Shown one piece after another: positions 10,587-19,394 of a stretch of 64,000 nucleotides of DNA. The stretch is from NCBI GenBank assembly GCA_965249575.1, contig OZ252244.1:1760001-1824000 (forward strand), read 5' to 3'. Numbering within the stretch: the stretch's first letter is position 1; each line of letters opens with the position of its first letter. This DNA is from Gemmatimonadales bacterium. Lineage in GTDB: Bacteria; Gemmatimonadota; Gemmatimonadetes; Gemmatimonadales; GWC2-71-9. A program made the position numbers and the translations under genes. The notes beneath the pieces were generated by a model that was not told the origin of the DNA, did no database searches, and saw nothing but the letters and a program-made list of their open reading frames with translations.

Positions 10587-11203
10587 CGGCCCCATGGAGA
10601 GTCCCGCTGCCCGCGCTGATCGGCGCGGCCGCGGTGGCGTGCGGACCGGGAGCCCCGGCCGACGGAACGCCCTCGTCCGGCCTCGCCGGACATGTCGCGT
10701 TGGAGGCGCGCGCCGCGTCGGGAGCCCTGTCCGCTCCGTTCGGATTCGGGCGTCCGGCGAGGGCAGACGAGATCCGTGCGCAGGACATAGACGTCGGACC
10801 CGACGGGAGGGGACTGCCGGCGGGCTCCGGCGCCGTGGCCGAGGGCCGAGCGCTGTACGCCGCGCGTTGTGCCGTATGTCATGGCGCCAACGGCGAGGGC
10901 GGGCCGAACGATCGGCTCGTCGGGACCGAGCCGGTGGGGCCCGACGGGTTCCCGCGCACGATCGGGAACTACTGGCCGTACGCACCGACGCTGTTCGACT
11001 ACACGCGGCGTGCGATGCCTCTCGACACGCCAGGGTCCCTCACCGACGATCAGGTCTACGGGCTGGTCGCGTTTCTGCTCAACGCCAACGGTATCGTCGA
11101 GGACGACGCCATCATGGACGCGGCGACCCTGTCCCGCCTCGAGATGCCTGCAGTCGGCCGGTTCGTCCCCGACGACCGACTGGAGTACCAAGTCGTGAGG
11201 TAG
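10583..11203 (+). CDS. soxD: c-type cytochrome (SoxD-like)
   Basis: ATGA overlap with soxC; CAVCH heme motif; RTIGNYWPYA.TLFDY.RRAMP...PGSL. Confidence 0.85.
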   Translation: MTAPWRVPLPALIGAAAVACGPGAPADGTPSSGLAGHVALEARAASGALSAPFGFGRPARADEIRAQDIDVGPDGRGLPAGSGAVAEGRALYAARCAVCHGANGEGGPNDRLVGTEPVGPDGFPRTIGNYWPYAPTLFDYTRRAMPLDTPGSLTDDQVYGLVAFLLNANGIVEDDAIMDAATLSRLEMPAVGRFVPDDRLEYQVVR

Positions 11204-11266
11204 TCAGGAGCCGGACGGTTTGTCGTGGCGCCAGCACGGGGTCGAATCGTAAGGCTGTTGCATCGG

Positions 11267-12112
11267 TTACTGACACCCTACGCTGCCTGGTTTCGATTTC
11301 CAGACCTTGGCAAACTCGCTGGCGATAACCCGTTCGCTGGCCGGCAGGCTCAGGTCGCGTACGAGTATCCTGATCCTATACGGCTTGCAATCGTTCAGGC
11401 CGTCGAGGGTCGCCGTAATGTCGAGCGAGCCACCGGGATGGACGGACCGGTGCGCCGGGGCAATCAGCGATAGCGTTGCCGGTACCGGTGCCCCCTGGCC
11501 CGTGACGCCCACAAGGTCGAGTTGTTCGTCGACCGTACCCCTGACCAGGATCTCGCTCACCGCCCCGCCCGGTGCGTAGCTCGTCCAGAAATCGGTGTAC
11601 GCTATACTCGGGCCGCTTGGGTTGTACGTCGCGCCACGCGGCTGGCCCCGGTGAAATGCAGCGGCGTCGAGGGTAATCCATGTTGCGCCCCCGTCAAAGC
11701 TCACTGCGGCGCCGTCCACCGTGTTGTCGGGATAATGCGCGCCGGCCTGGTAGATGGTGATCTGGTCAACCGTAGCCCCAAACGTGAACCGTGTTACGCC
11801 CACCGCATTCCGTGCGTACGCACCGAAGAACTCGCCCGCCTCGGTGTAGGAGCGTCGCTGTGATAACGTTCCGAACCCCTGCGGGTGGTTGAAGGTGTAG
11901 AAGATGCGGTCTCCGAAGCACGCGGTGTTCAGGCACTCGGCGTCCACGGGCACCGTCTCGGGTGTCGGCAGAATCTGCGTCGCCACGGGTCCCGCAACGG
12001 CAAAGGCGGGTCGCTGTTCGGTAATGTTGGTTGCTTCGGTCAGGTCCTGACAGCCGCAGAACACGAGCGCGGCGGCGAGCAAACACGGTGTCCTCGCCCA
12101 CATATCTTGCAC
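11267..12112 (-). CDS. Hypothetical secreted/lipoprotein
   Basis: Signal-like N-terminus with Cys; 281-aa ORF, no recognised family. Confidence 0.5.
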   Translation of the reverse strand: MQDMWARTPCLLAAALVFCGCQDLTEATNITEQRPAFAVAGPVATQILPTPETVPVDAECLNTACFGDRIFYTFNHPQGFGTLSQRRSYTEAGEFFGAYARNAVGVTRFTFGATVDQITIYQAGAHYPDNTVDGAAVSFDGGATWITLDAAAFHRGQPRGATYNPSGPSIAYTDFWTSYAPGGAVSEILVRGTVDEQLDLVGVTGQGAPVPATLSLIAPAHRSVHPGGSLDITATLDGLNDCKPYRIRILVRDLSLPASERVIASEFAKVWKSKPGSVGCQ

Positions 12113-12577
12113 TCCCAGTGTGTTGTGGTTGGTGCAACGGATCGGGGCCGCCGCGGTGCCGCCGCGACGTTTGATTCCTTCTTCATGTCTCGCACGTACG
12201 CGGCGCTAAGAACGGCGGTAGTCATTACTGGAGGGCAAATCCGGAGCCAGAACAGGACGACCCCGCCGCCGCGTTCGCCGGGTAACGGTATCCTGCCGCT
12301 GTGAAAGGAGTTGTGTCACATCGAGCCGTTACCGCCGGTCACATGAAAATTCCGAGACGCCGCATCGTTTCAATGCACATGCTACGAATCGAAGCACTCG
12401 GGAGGTGGGGCGTGCGGCGATAGAAATGTCAGGACCACTTCATAATAGTAGACGCAGTCGCGAACGTACCCGGCCGAATCTCGAACGGCTTATACGCACG
12501 CTCTCCGAGCGGCCTCCCTGGGACGGGCGTGAAACCCGCGCCTCTGCATCCGCGTCTTGCAGGCAGGAGGTGCTCGT

Positions 12578-12904
12578 ATGAACTGGCTCTGGGTGGGCGC
12601 TGCGGCGCTCGTCGTCTGCGGCTCGATCTTCATCTACTGCGTCGCCAAGCGCCGCTGGACGAAACGCGGCCTCCTGGTCGGCCTTGTCAATCTCCCGGTG
12701 GTGGCCCTGGTCTCCGTCGCCCCCATACGCGGCTGGGCCGACCCCGAGTACGCCGGCTTCAGCGTCGGTCTCCTCCAGGCATCGCAGGGGCCGATGGTGC
12801 AAAGCGGTTGCAAACGGCGGGACCGAGACGTACTCGCCGAGGTTGATGCGAACGCCCTCGGGGTCGGTGACCAGACCGCCGATGAGGATGATGGCGAAAG
12901 TTGA
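12578..12904 (+). pseudogene. Membrane protein fragment
   Basis: AGGAGG RBS then two hydrophobic helices; C-terminus runs into an opposite-strand membrane-protein remnant (about 12790-13130). Confidence 0.4.
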
Positions 12905-13170
12905 GGGCGAGGAAACCGTCGACGACGGTGGGGAGCCACATCGCGCGGCCGACGCGGTTGAGGACCACGATACAGGCGGCGGCGAGGGCCGCGAGGAACA
13001 GGGAGCCGGCGACGAGGGTCGCTCCTCCTGCTGCTCTTCTTCCTTCCCCTCGCGGGTTCCTCGCTCTGGGCCTACCGGCGTACAGGACCTGACTCCACCT
13101 GACGCGATCGACCCGCTTCAGCGGCACAGCCCGCGCATCGACAGTCGTCGATAAACAGCATGCGCTTTGA

Positions 13171-13554
13171 TTACGCGAAGGTCTTCGCAACGCGATCAGA
13201 GATGAGAAAGTACCTCGTCCATACCACTGCCCACGAAATCGCAATGGACACGATTACCGACATGATCAAGACAGCCGATTTCGTCAACCGCGCTGGGTCT
13301 GCGAGCAGCACGCCGTGTAGCAGACGCACCGAGATCAGTCCCGCTCCAACCCATAGTCCCACAATGTTCCATTGTGGCGCAGACGAAACCTTCAAGACCA
13401 ACAGCACTAGCGGCACAGCGAGTAGGAGGAGGATTCCAACAAAGAGCCCCATGGGGTAGTTAAAGAACCACCCGGACAGCCCCGCGGCGTAAAGAGCCAG
13501 TACCGGCACCGAACCGATGAGATATACCAACAACCAACCCTTGATGCCGTCCAT
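13171..13554 (-). CDS. Hypothetical four-TM membrane protein
   Basis: GIKGWLLVY start and W.RYF..S.RV..TF end; GGAGG upstream. Confidence 0.65.
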   Translation of the reverse strand: MDGIKGWLLVYLIGSVPVLALYAAGLSGWFFNYPMGLFVGILLLLAVPLVLLVLKVSSAPQWNIVGLWVGAGLISVRLLHGVLLADPARLTKSAVLIMSVIVSIAISWAVVWTRYFLISDRVAKTFA

Positions 13555-13632
13555 CGGCCATCCTCCGATCGGAACACATGACGAAGATAGCGATGCCGCG
13601 CTGCGGCGTCAGTCACCGCCGGCAAGGTGTCG

Positions 13633-13656
13633 TGCAGTTGCCCCTCCTGGACTCGA
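13633..13656 (-). repeat. Short second copy of tRNA-Gln 3' end (att remnant)
   Basis: tgcagttgcccctcctgg(a)ctcga matches 27992-28015 with one mismatch. Confidence 0.75.
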
Positions 13657-13700
13657 TGCGCGCAGCGCTGGCAGACGGCAAAGAGCGGGAGGGGTAAAGG

Positions 13701-13726
13701 AAACGGCGAGCTTACGCTCGCCGTTT
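13701..13726. terminator. Perfect 11-bp stem-loop next to the displaced tRNA 3' end
   Basis: aaacggcgagc-ttac-gctcgccgttt. Confidence 0.75.
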
Positions 13727-13729
13727 GGA

Positions 13730-13770
13730 TTGCCCCTCCTGGGCTCGAACCAGGACTCTCCTTATCCAGA
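13730..13770 (-). repeat. att site: 41-bp duplicate of the tRNA-Gln 3' half
   Basis: Matches 27997-28037 at 40/41 positions. Confidence 0.93.
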
Positions 13771-13862
13771 TGGGCTAAGTTAGTGCGCCAATTGTGGTTA
13801 CATCTGACACACATCCCGGCAAGTTGCCACCATTCACGCGAGTTCGTGTCGTCCTTTGCCGG
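13761..13862 (+). repeat. About 100-bp att-arm segment, copy A
   Basis: Imperfect direct repeat of 15293-15395; identical 22-mer acacatcccggcaagttgccac. Confidence 0.9.
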
Positions 13863-13982
13863 CGTTTGGGCCCTCGACGTCATGCCTTGTCACCCGTTTT
13901 CCTCGCACAGGTGTGCCGCCGCCACAGGGCTCACCCGATGCCAGGAGCGAACAGCAGGGACGCTGCGTTACATTAGTCGGCA

Positions 13983-14330
13983 ATGGACATACGGATGGTG
14001 AAGAGGATTGCCACTGCGCTGCTGCTGCTGGTGACCCTGGGTGCGCAGCCAGCGTGGGCGTGCGCCTGTGCGAGCCAATCGCACGGCGAGCGCTCCGACC
14101 ATGATCACGGGCACGGCGAGCACGGATCGCACGATCTCCGGCCGTGTCACGACGGAAGCATCACCGATCATCAGCACGCCGCGATCGCCGGTCTGTCGCC
14201 CGGCTTCCCTGGGCAACGGATTACCGAGGTAAGCTACACTGGCAGCGCGACCGCGTCGCGTCGAGACGCATCGCGGCTCTCACCCACACATTCCCTCCAA
14301 CAGGACATCCCCCCTCCGCGCACCTGCTGA
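13983..14330 (+). CDS. Small His/Cys-rich exported protein
   Basis: Signal peptide, ACAC, HDHGHGEHGSH, C-terminal PPPR as in DUF2946-like proteins. Confidence 0.6.
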   Translation: MDIRMVKRIATALLLLVTLGAQPAWACACASQSHGERSDHDHGHGEHGSHDLRPCHDGSITDHQHAAIAGLSPGFPGQRITEVSYTGSATASRRDASRLSPTHSLQQDIPPPRTC

Positions 14331-14381
14331 CTGTTCTGCCAGCAGAGTAATCGACGATCCGACTTTGACGCGGAGGCAATC

Positions 14382-15188
14382 ATGCGGTTCTGCATGTTCG
14401 TCGCGGTTGCGGCGATACTGCTCACGCCGGCACCTGCGCCGGCTCAAGAGGGCCATCACGACCATTTTCACGACGGGGCGCACTCGCACCGCGGTCCGGG
14501 ACCCCACTTCATTGACGCATTCTTTACGGAGAATGCATTTCTCGAGCGGAAGCTGAGGCCCGACGTTTTCTTTTCGTCGGGCGACGATGGTAAGGATTAC
14601 ACGGCACAACTCGAGGTTGAATGGGTGTTGCTGCCACGTCTCTCAGCGATCGTCCACGCCCCGTTCCACCACGTCGCGCCCGACGGCTTCCCGAGCGAGA
14701 GTGGAATTGGAGACATCGGCATCGGCGCCAAGGCGGCGCTGGTCGATGACCAGAGCGCGTTCATTCTGGCGCTCGGCGCGGACCTCGAGCTTCCGACGGG
14801 TGACGAAAACCGGGGCCTGGGAGAGGAGCACGCGGCCATGGGACCGTTCCTGCTGGCCTGGCTGCCGTTCGGACCGGAGCGACGCTGGCTGCTTCAGACC
14901 TCGGCCCACGCACACATCCCACTGGAAGCGGATCCCGAATCCCACTTGGAGTTCAGCGCTGCGCTTTCCTGGACCTCGCCACTGGGGGTCTCGCCGATTC
15001 TCGAGGGTCTCGTGGAGTTTGAGGTTCAGGGTGGGCCCGCCAGTTGGGCGTTGGCGCCAGGGTTCCGGTTCGAGTTCGCGCCGGCGTGGGAATTAGGGGG
15101 CGCGGTGCGGTTCCCGGTCAGCGGCCCTCGGGAAGAAGACGTGCGCATTGCGGCCGGTGTCATCCGGCACTTCGCCCTACCGCGTTGA
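14382..15188 (+). CDS. His-rich outer-membrane beta-barrel (transporter/MetA-pathway-like)
   Basis: Signal peptide, HHDHFHDGAHSH, G.GDI.IG.K, LPTGD..RGLG motifs. Confidence 0.7.
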   Translation: MRFCMFVAVAAILLTPAPAPAQEGHHDHFHDGAHSHRGPGPHFIDAFFTENAFLERKLRPDVFFSSGDDGKDYTAQLEVEWVLLPRLSAIVHAPFHHVAPDGFPSESGIGDIGIGAKAALVDDQSAFILALGADLELPTGDENRGLGEEHAAMGPFLLAWLPFGPERRWLLQTSAHAHIPLEADPESHLEFSAALSWTSPLGVSPILEGLVEFEVQGGPASWALAPGFRFEFAPAWELGGAVRFPVSGPREEDVRIAAGVIRHFALPR

Positions 15189-15292
15189 GGTCAGGGTGTG
15201 CCTTACTGCCCTGGGGGACACCTACCCCGGCGCGGAAGCGAAATCTTCAAACACCGGAGCTAGGGTCCACGCACAGCAGTGGGCAGCGATCC

Positions 15293-15395
15293 CCTAATCC
15301 AGAGTGGCTAAGTTATTGTCCCAATTGTGGTTAGATGTGAACACATCCCGGCAAGTTGCCACTATTCACGCGAGTTCGTTGTCGTCCTTTGCCGG
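15293..15395 (+). repeat. About 100-bp att-arm segment, copy B, beginning with a tRNA anticodon-arm-like core
   Basis: cctaatccagagt versus tRNA cctgatccagagt, followed by the arm shared with 13761-13862. Confidence 0.85.
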
Positions 15396-15604
15396 GGTTG
15401 AGTGGACGATGTAGCAGCGATTGCTAGGTACGCGCCTCAAATGTCCCAAGACCAACCATTGATGTCCCAAAAACGATCCATGCAGCGTAAACGGTCATCC
15501 GTCGGGTACTGGCCTCTGATCGCCCCTGCTCATCAACGCCGGCTCGGCCACGCTCAGTCGTCATACTCTCCGCAGCTCAAAATCTGATCGTTCTTGAGGA
15601 TGGG

Positions 15605-16210
15605 GTGGCAAATCCCTGGGAGTTGAGTGAGCCGAGTCCCCCGATTGTGGTGCACGACGACGAGCCTACCCTCCTGCTGGGGAGCAGCGAAGACCACCAC
15701 GTAGCGGTCACCGTATTCGCTCCCAAAGAGGCGATGGTAACGCTGTTGCTGTCGGAGACTTCCGCCCCTCCTGAGCTTGTAGTCGCTGGCGAGTGCGTCG
15801 ACGAGGGGCAACGGGTCTTTAGTCTGGTGACGTTGCCACGGGGCCTTCTAGTCAGACACACCGTGCCAATAGGGAAGAAGGATGGGAACTGCAGAGTAAT
15901 CCTCTCGGCCACCGACGCGCTAAGTCTGGCTCACGCTCAGATGATTCAATGGGATCTCGGCGAGCTTCGGGCGGCGATCGAACGGGACGCCGTTATCGCT
16001 GAGCAGAGAAGAACTGCTGAAAACGCCGCTAGGACCGAGTTGCTGAACGCGAGACGCGTCGAGGCAGTTCAAATCGCAGGCCACGACCACCGGCGATCAG
16101 GCGCGAGTCCTCTGGCGCGGCGGCTTTCGAGGAGCACTACGGAGGGCGTCGAGGAAGCCTGTTGGCAAATGCAGCGACCCTTCCGACGCACGTTTGATGA
16201 AGCCATTTAG
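15605..16210 (+). CDS. Hypothetical protein
   Basis: 201-aa ORF filling the gap; last 38 codons overlap the methylase; no family recognised. Confidence 0.35.
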   Translation: MANPWELSEPSPPIVVHDDEPTLLLGSSEDHHVAVTVFAPKEAMVTLLLSETSAPPELVVAGECVDEGQRVFSLVTLPRGLLVRHTVPIGKKDGNCRVILSATDALSLAHAQMIQWDLGELRAAIERDAVIAEQRRTAENAARTELLNARRVEAVQIAGHDHRRSGASPLARRLSRSTTEGVEEACWQMQRPFRRTFDEAI

Positions 16211-17242
16211 GGCGCGATCCGACAGTCGACTCCAAGTCGAGTCCCGAAACGTCGCGATCGACGGGAGTGGTTCTGATACGGTCCTATTCCCTGCAGTCAC
16301 CTCCTCCCAGGCACCTGAGATGCTCCAAGCTGCGTTCGGCCACCGGCCACCTCTCTCCATCGGTTTCCGATCAAAGTCCAGCACGGCGCCGGGAGACTTC
16401 ACTCGACTGCCAATCCACTTGGCCACAGGAACGGACACGGCATTGCCGACCATCCGCCAGGCCGGCTTCGGATTCGACCCATCGCCGCCGATTGTGGTCC
16501 AACCGGCTTCGAATCCCTGAAGGCGTTCAGCGGCGGTCAAGCTCGGCACGAGCGCTTCTCCGTCAGTGAAGAGTACTGCCGGCGGGGAGGGAATCCCAAG
16601 GCCTGATCCAACCTTCAACGGTGGAATTCCATCAATGGTAAGCCCCACACCGGACCGGCCCTCAGTCCAGTAGAACCCCAGCGGCCTTTGAAGATCGGGC
16701 GACGGCTCATCCGGGGTGGGCGTCTCGTCGGCGAACAGAACCCCTCGAGGGTCAATCTCATTGCTCGCGACTAGGTAGACCCGCCGACGCCGCTGTGGCA
16801 ACCCGAATCCCATGGTGTCAAGCACGCGGTAGGCCCAATCGTACCCCAGCTTCTCGAACTCCGTAACCAACCACGTCATGGCAGCACCAGAATCGAGCTG
16901 GAGCATGAAACAAACATTCTCGATGATAACCATCGGTACACGTGATGCCCGAACCAGCCGGAAGATATTGTGCACTACCCCCGATTTCAGACCAGTGATG
17001 CCCGACTTGTCGCCAGCCATACTCAGGTTTTGGCATGGGAAGCCAGCAGTCAGTATAGTAGTACCGGGCGGGATCTGTTTGAGTTCGGCCACGTCCGAGC
17101 GAACCTCAGCCTGCGGGAACCGAGCCCTTAGAACTGCCTGGGCCGCCGGATCGATCTCGACCAGCGTCGCAGAGTCGAGACCAGCCCTTAGCAGACCCAG
17201 CTCCAGGCCACCGATTCCAGCAAAGAGACCCACTACGGTCAA
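16097..17242 (-). CDS. dcm: DNA (cytosine-5)-methyltransferase
   Basis: LFAGIGG, AGFPCQ, IENV, PQRRRRVY, ERLQGF, GNAVSV motifs. Confidence 0.95.
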   Translation of the reverse strand: MTVVGLFAGIGGLELGLLRAGLDSATLVEIDPAAQAVLRARFPQAEVRSDVAELKQIPPGTTILTAGFPCQNLSMAGDKSGITGLKSGVVHNIFRLVRASRVPMVIIENVCFMLQLDSGAAMTWLVTEFEKLGYDWAYRVLDTMGFGLPQRRRRVYLVASNEIDPRGVLFADETPTPDEPSPDLQRPLGFYWTEGRSGVGLTIDGIPPLKVGSGLGIPSPPAVLFTDGEALVPSLTAAERLQGFEAGWTTIGGDGSNPKPAWRMVGNAVSVPVAKWIGSRVKSPGAVLDFDRKPMERGGRWPNAAWSISGAWEEVTAGNRTVSEPLPSIATFRDSTWSRLSDRALNGFIKRASEGSLHLPTGFLDALRSAPRKPPRQRTRA

Positions 17243-17371
17243 TGCCCTGCCCTTTGTCAGCGCGGTTTTGGACGACTAGCAAGAGAACCTTAATGACCAT
17301 CTGCCGATATCGCGACTGGCCGAGGCCATGGGTTAACCTGTGACCACTCCCATAGTGGAGATCGCCAACCT

Positions 17372-18739
17372 TTGACTACCACAAAAGCCCAGTCGCGCTA
17401 CCGGGAGATTAACGCCCTGCACCGTCGTTGCGGGGTTTACACCAAAACGGAGATTGTCGACAAGATCCTCGACGGTATTGGTTGGCGAGAAGAGATCGAC
17501 CTCTCCCAAGCGAGACTTCTAGAACCTGCGGCAGGAGACGGTGCATTTATTGTAGAAGCTGGTCGCCGCCTTATCATGTCGTGTCGCCGACATGGTTTAG
17601 ACCCGACAGCACAGTTGCTAAGGGACTGCATCACCGCATACGAACTCCACCCGCGAGCGGTCAAGCGCGCTCGCTGCCGCATAGTGCACATGCTTCGGCA
17701 ACTCAGCGTGCACCATGCTACCGCCAGTGCGTGCGCGCGAACGTGGATAACCAACTCCGACTTTCTCCTTACCAAGAGCCCTCCAGGCATGTTCACCCAT
17801 GCCGTCGGTAACCCCCCTTACATAAGGTGGTCTAAGATCCCGCCTGGCCTAAGAGCACGGTACGATCGGAGGCTCTCACCGGACGTTACCGGCGGTGATC
17901 TCTTCTTGCCGTTCCTAGACCTTTCCTTCGCACTGCTCCAGACCAAAGGACGTTGCGGGTTCCTGTGCTCGAATCGTTGGCGGTTCATGGCGTTCGCGGA
18001 ACGCTTCCGTGCTAAGTGGCTACCTCACCTCAAGATCACGTTAGAGGAGAGCGTCCGTGCCAACGACGTATTTGAGGCAAGCGTTGCGTCGTACCCCAAT
18101 GTCCTGATCGCATCGAAAGAGCCCAAACGCACTGTGAGAAAGCGCAGGCTGAGACGTTCCCCGCGGAAAACGCTGATCGAACTCGGCTGTTCCATAAAAG
18201 TCGGCCCAGCATTAGGACCCACCTCGGCATTCGTGTTGCAGCCCGGCGAACATGATGTGGAGAGTGAATTGCTGAACCCCTGGGTTGACGGATCCGAGAT
18301 CACAGAAGGAGCCATTCAGTGGCACGGCCGGCGAGTCATCGTCATGCACGATGACACCGGCCGGCTAGTAGACCTGGACCGGTTTCCCCTCCTGAGAGCC
18401 GGGTTGAGCGAACATCGGCGGGCACTGGGTCAACGCTCCATAGTTCGGCGAGGGGCGCCCTGGTTTCGACCAATTGACCGTGTACGCGCGGTAGATTGGC
18501 AGCGTTCGAAACTCCTCCTGCCCGAACTTGCGAGAAACCCGCGCGTGGCTATCGACAGATCCGGCGCCATACCATCACATGGAGTCTACGCGATTTGCCC
18601 GCCTCAGGATGATGTTGAGTCGCTGTACGCCAGACTGGGCGATGGTAAACTCGGACGGCTTTTGGCTGAAGTGGCGCCACAGGTAAAGGGTGGGTATTTA
18701 CGGTGCTATCGCAGGTTCTTGTCGCTCGTCCGTGTCTAA
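17372..18739 (+). CDS. N6-adenine DNA methyltransferase, gamma class (Eco57I/TaqI-like)
   Basis: YT..IV, LLEPAAGDGAF, VGNPPYIRW, DLF..F motifs; TaqI_C-like tail. Confidence 0.9.
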   Translation: MTTTKAQSRYREINALHRRCGVYTKTEIVDKILDGIGWREEIDLSQARLLEPAAGDGAFIVEAGRRLIMSCRRHGLDPTAQLLRDCITAYELHPRAVKRARCRIVHMLRQLSVHHATASACARTWITNSDFLLTKSPPGMFTHAVGNPPYIRWSKIPPGLRARYDRRLSPDVTGGDLFLPFLDLSFALLQTKGRCGFLCSNRWRFMAFAERFRAKWLPHLKITLEESVRANDVFEASVASYPNVLIASKEPKRTVRKRRLRRSPRKTLIELGCSIKVGPALGPTSAFVLQPGEHDVESELLNPWVDGSEITEGAIQWHGRRVIVMHDDTGRLVDLDRFPLLRAGLSEHRRALGQRSIVRRGAPWFRPIDRVRAVDWQRSKLLLPELARNPRVAIDRSGAIPSHGVYAICPPQDDVESLYARLGDGKLGRLLAEVAPQVKGGYLRCYRRFLSLVRV

Positions 18740-19380
18740 GGTAAACCAAGCAGCTGTTTTAGTTTCTCGACATGAACCAAGGCCTGACGGGCTGAATTGG
18801 CGGCCTGATAGACTTCCTGGATCAAACGTAGCGCGCCGCTCTCGTATCCATGTAAGGCCACGATCATCGACAGGAACAGGAGCCATGGGTCCGATGTCCC
18901 TAAAGGATGGGCCGGATACCTGTCCGGTATCCAGGCGGGGATCTTCTTCGGGAGGATGGTTCGCCTTAGCAACCGCCGACTGAACTGGACGTGACCGTAG
19001 CCATGGTGCGTTGGCGGTGGATGGGCCGGCTCAAGTCGGTACGCAAGACATCCGTCACCAGACACCATCAAGAATAGTTCGAACGCAACAGTGAGACCGC
19101 CCCCTTCACGTACGCTTCTGGGGATGAAGAAGGCTCGCTCGAATCCTTGCCTACGCGGATGCTTTGGCCTTGGAATGAATCTGAGTTGCGCACCATTAGT
19201 ATGGTTGTACTCAGTGTTGAGCGTGATTGAGACTTGCGCCGGATTCTCCGCGATGTCGGATCCCAACCACTGGATCGCGCGCGTTCGGGTCCGAGTATCG
19301 ACTCGTTGCCACTCTGCCATTCCCCGAAGGGCGTACAGACGCATGAGTCCGCGAAGGTCTTCTGGCAGCACTTGAGCCAC
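18736..19380 (-). CDS. Hypothetical protein with YRLE..H...HHGYGHVQ motif
   Basis: Last gene of the GHKL-HK/receiver operon, 14 bp after the receiver stop. Confidence 0.7.
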   Translation of the reverse strand: MAQVLPEDLRGLMRLYALRGMAEWQRVDTRTRTRAIQWLGSDIAENPAQVSITLNTEYNHTNGAQLRFIPRPKHPRRQGFERAFFIPRSVREGGGLTVAFELFLMVSGDGCLAYRLEPAHPPPTHHGYGHVQFSRRLLRRTILPKKIPAWIPDRYPAHPLGTSDPWLLFLSMIVALHGYESGALRLIQEVYQAANSARQALVHVEKLKQLLGLP

Positions 19381-19394
19381 TCGTCTCTTCTCTA

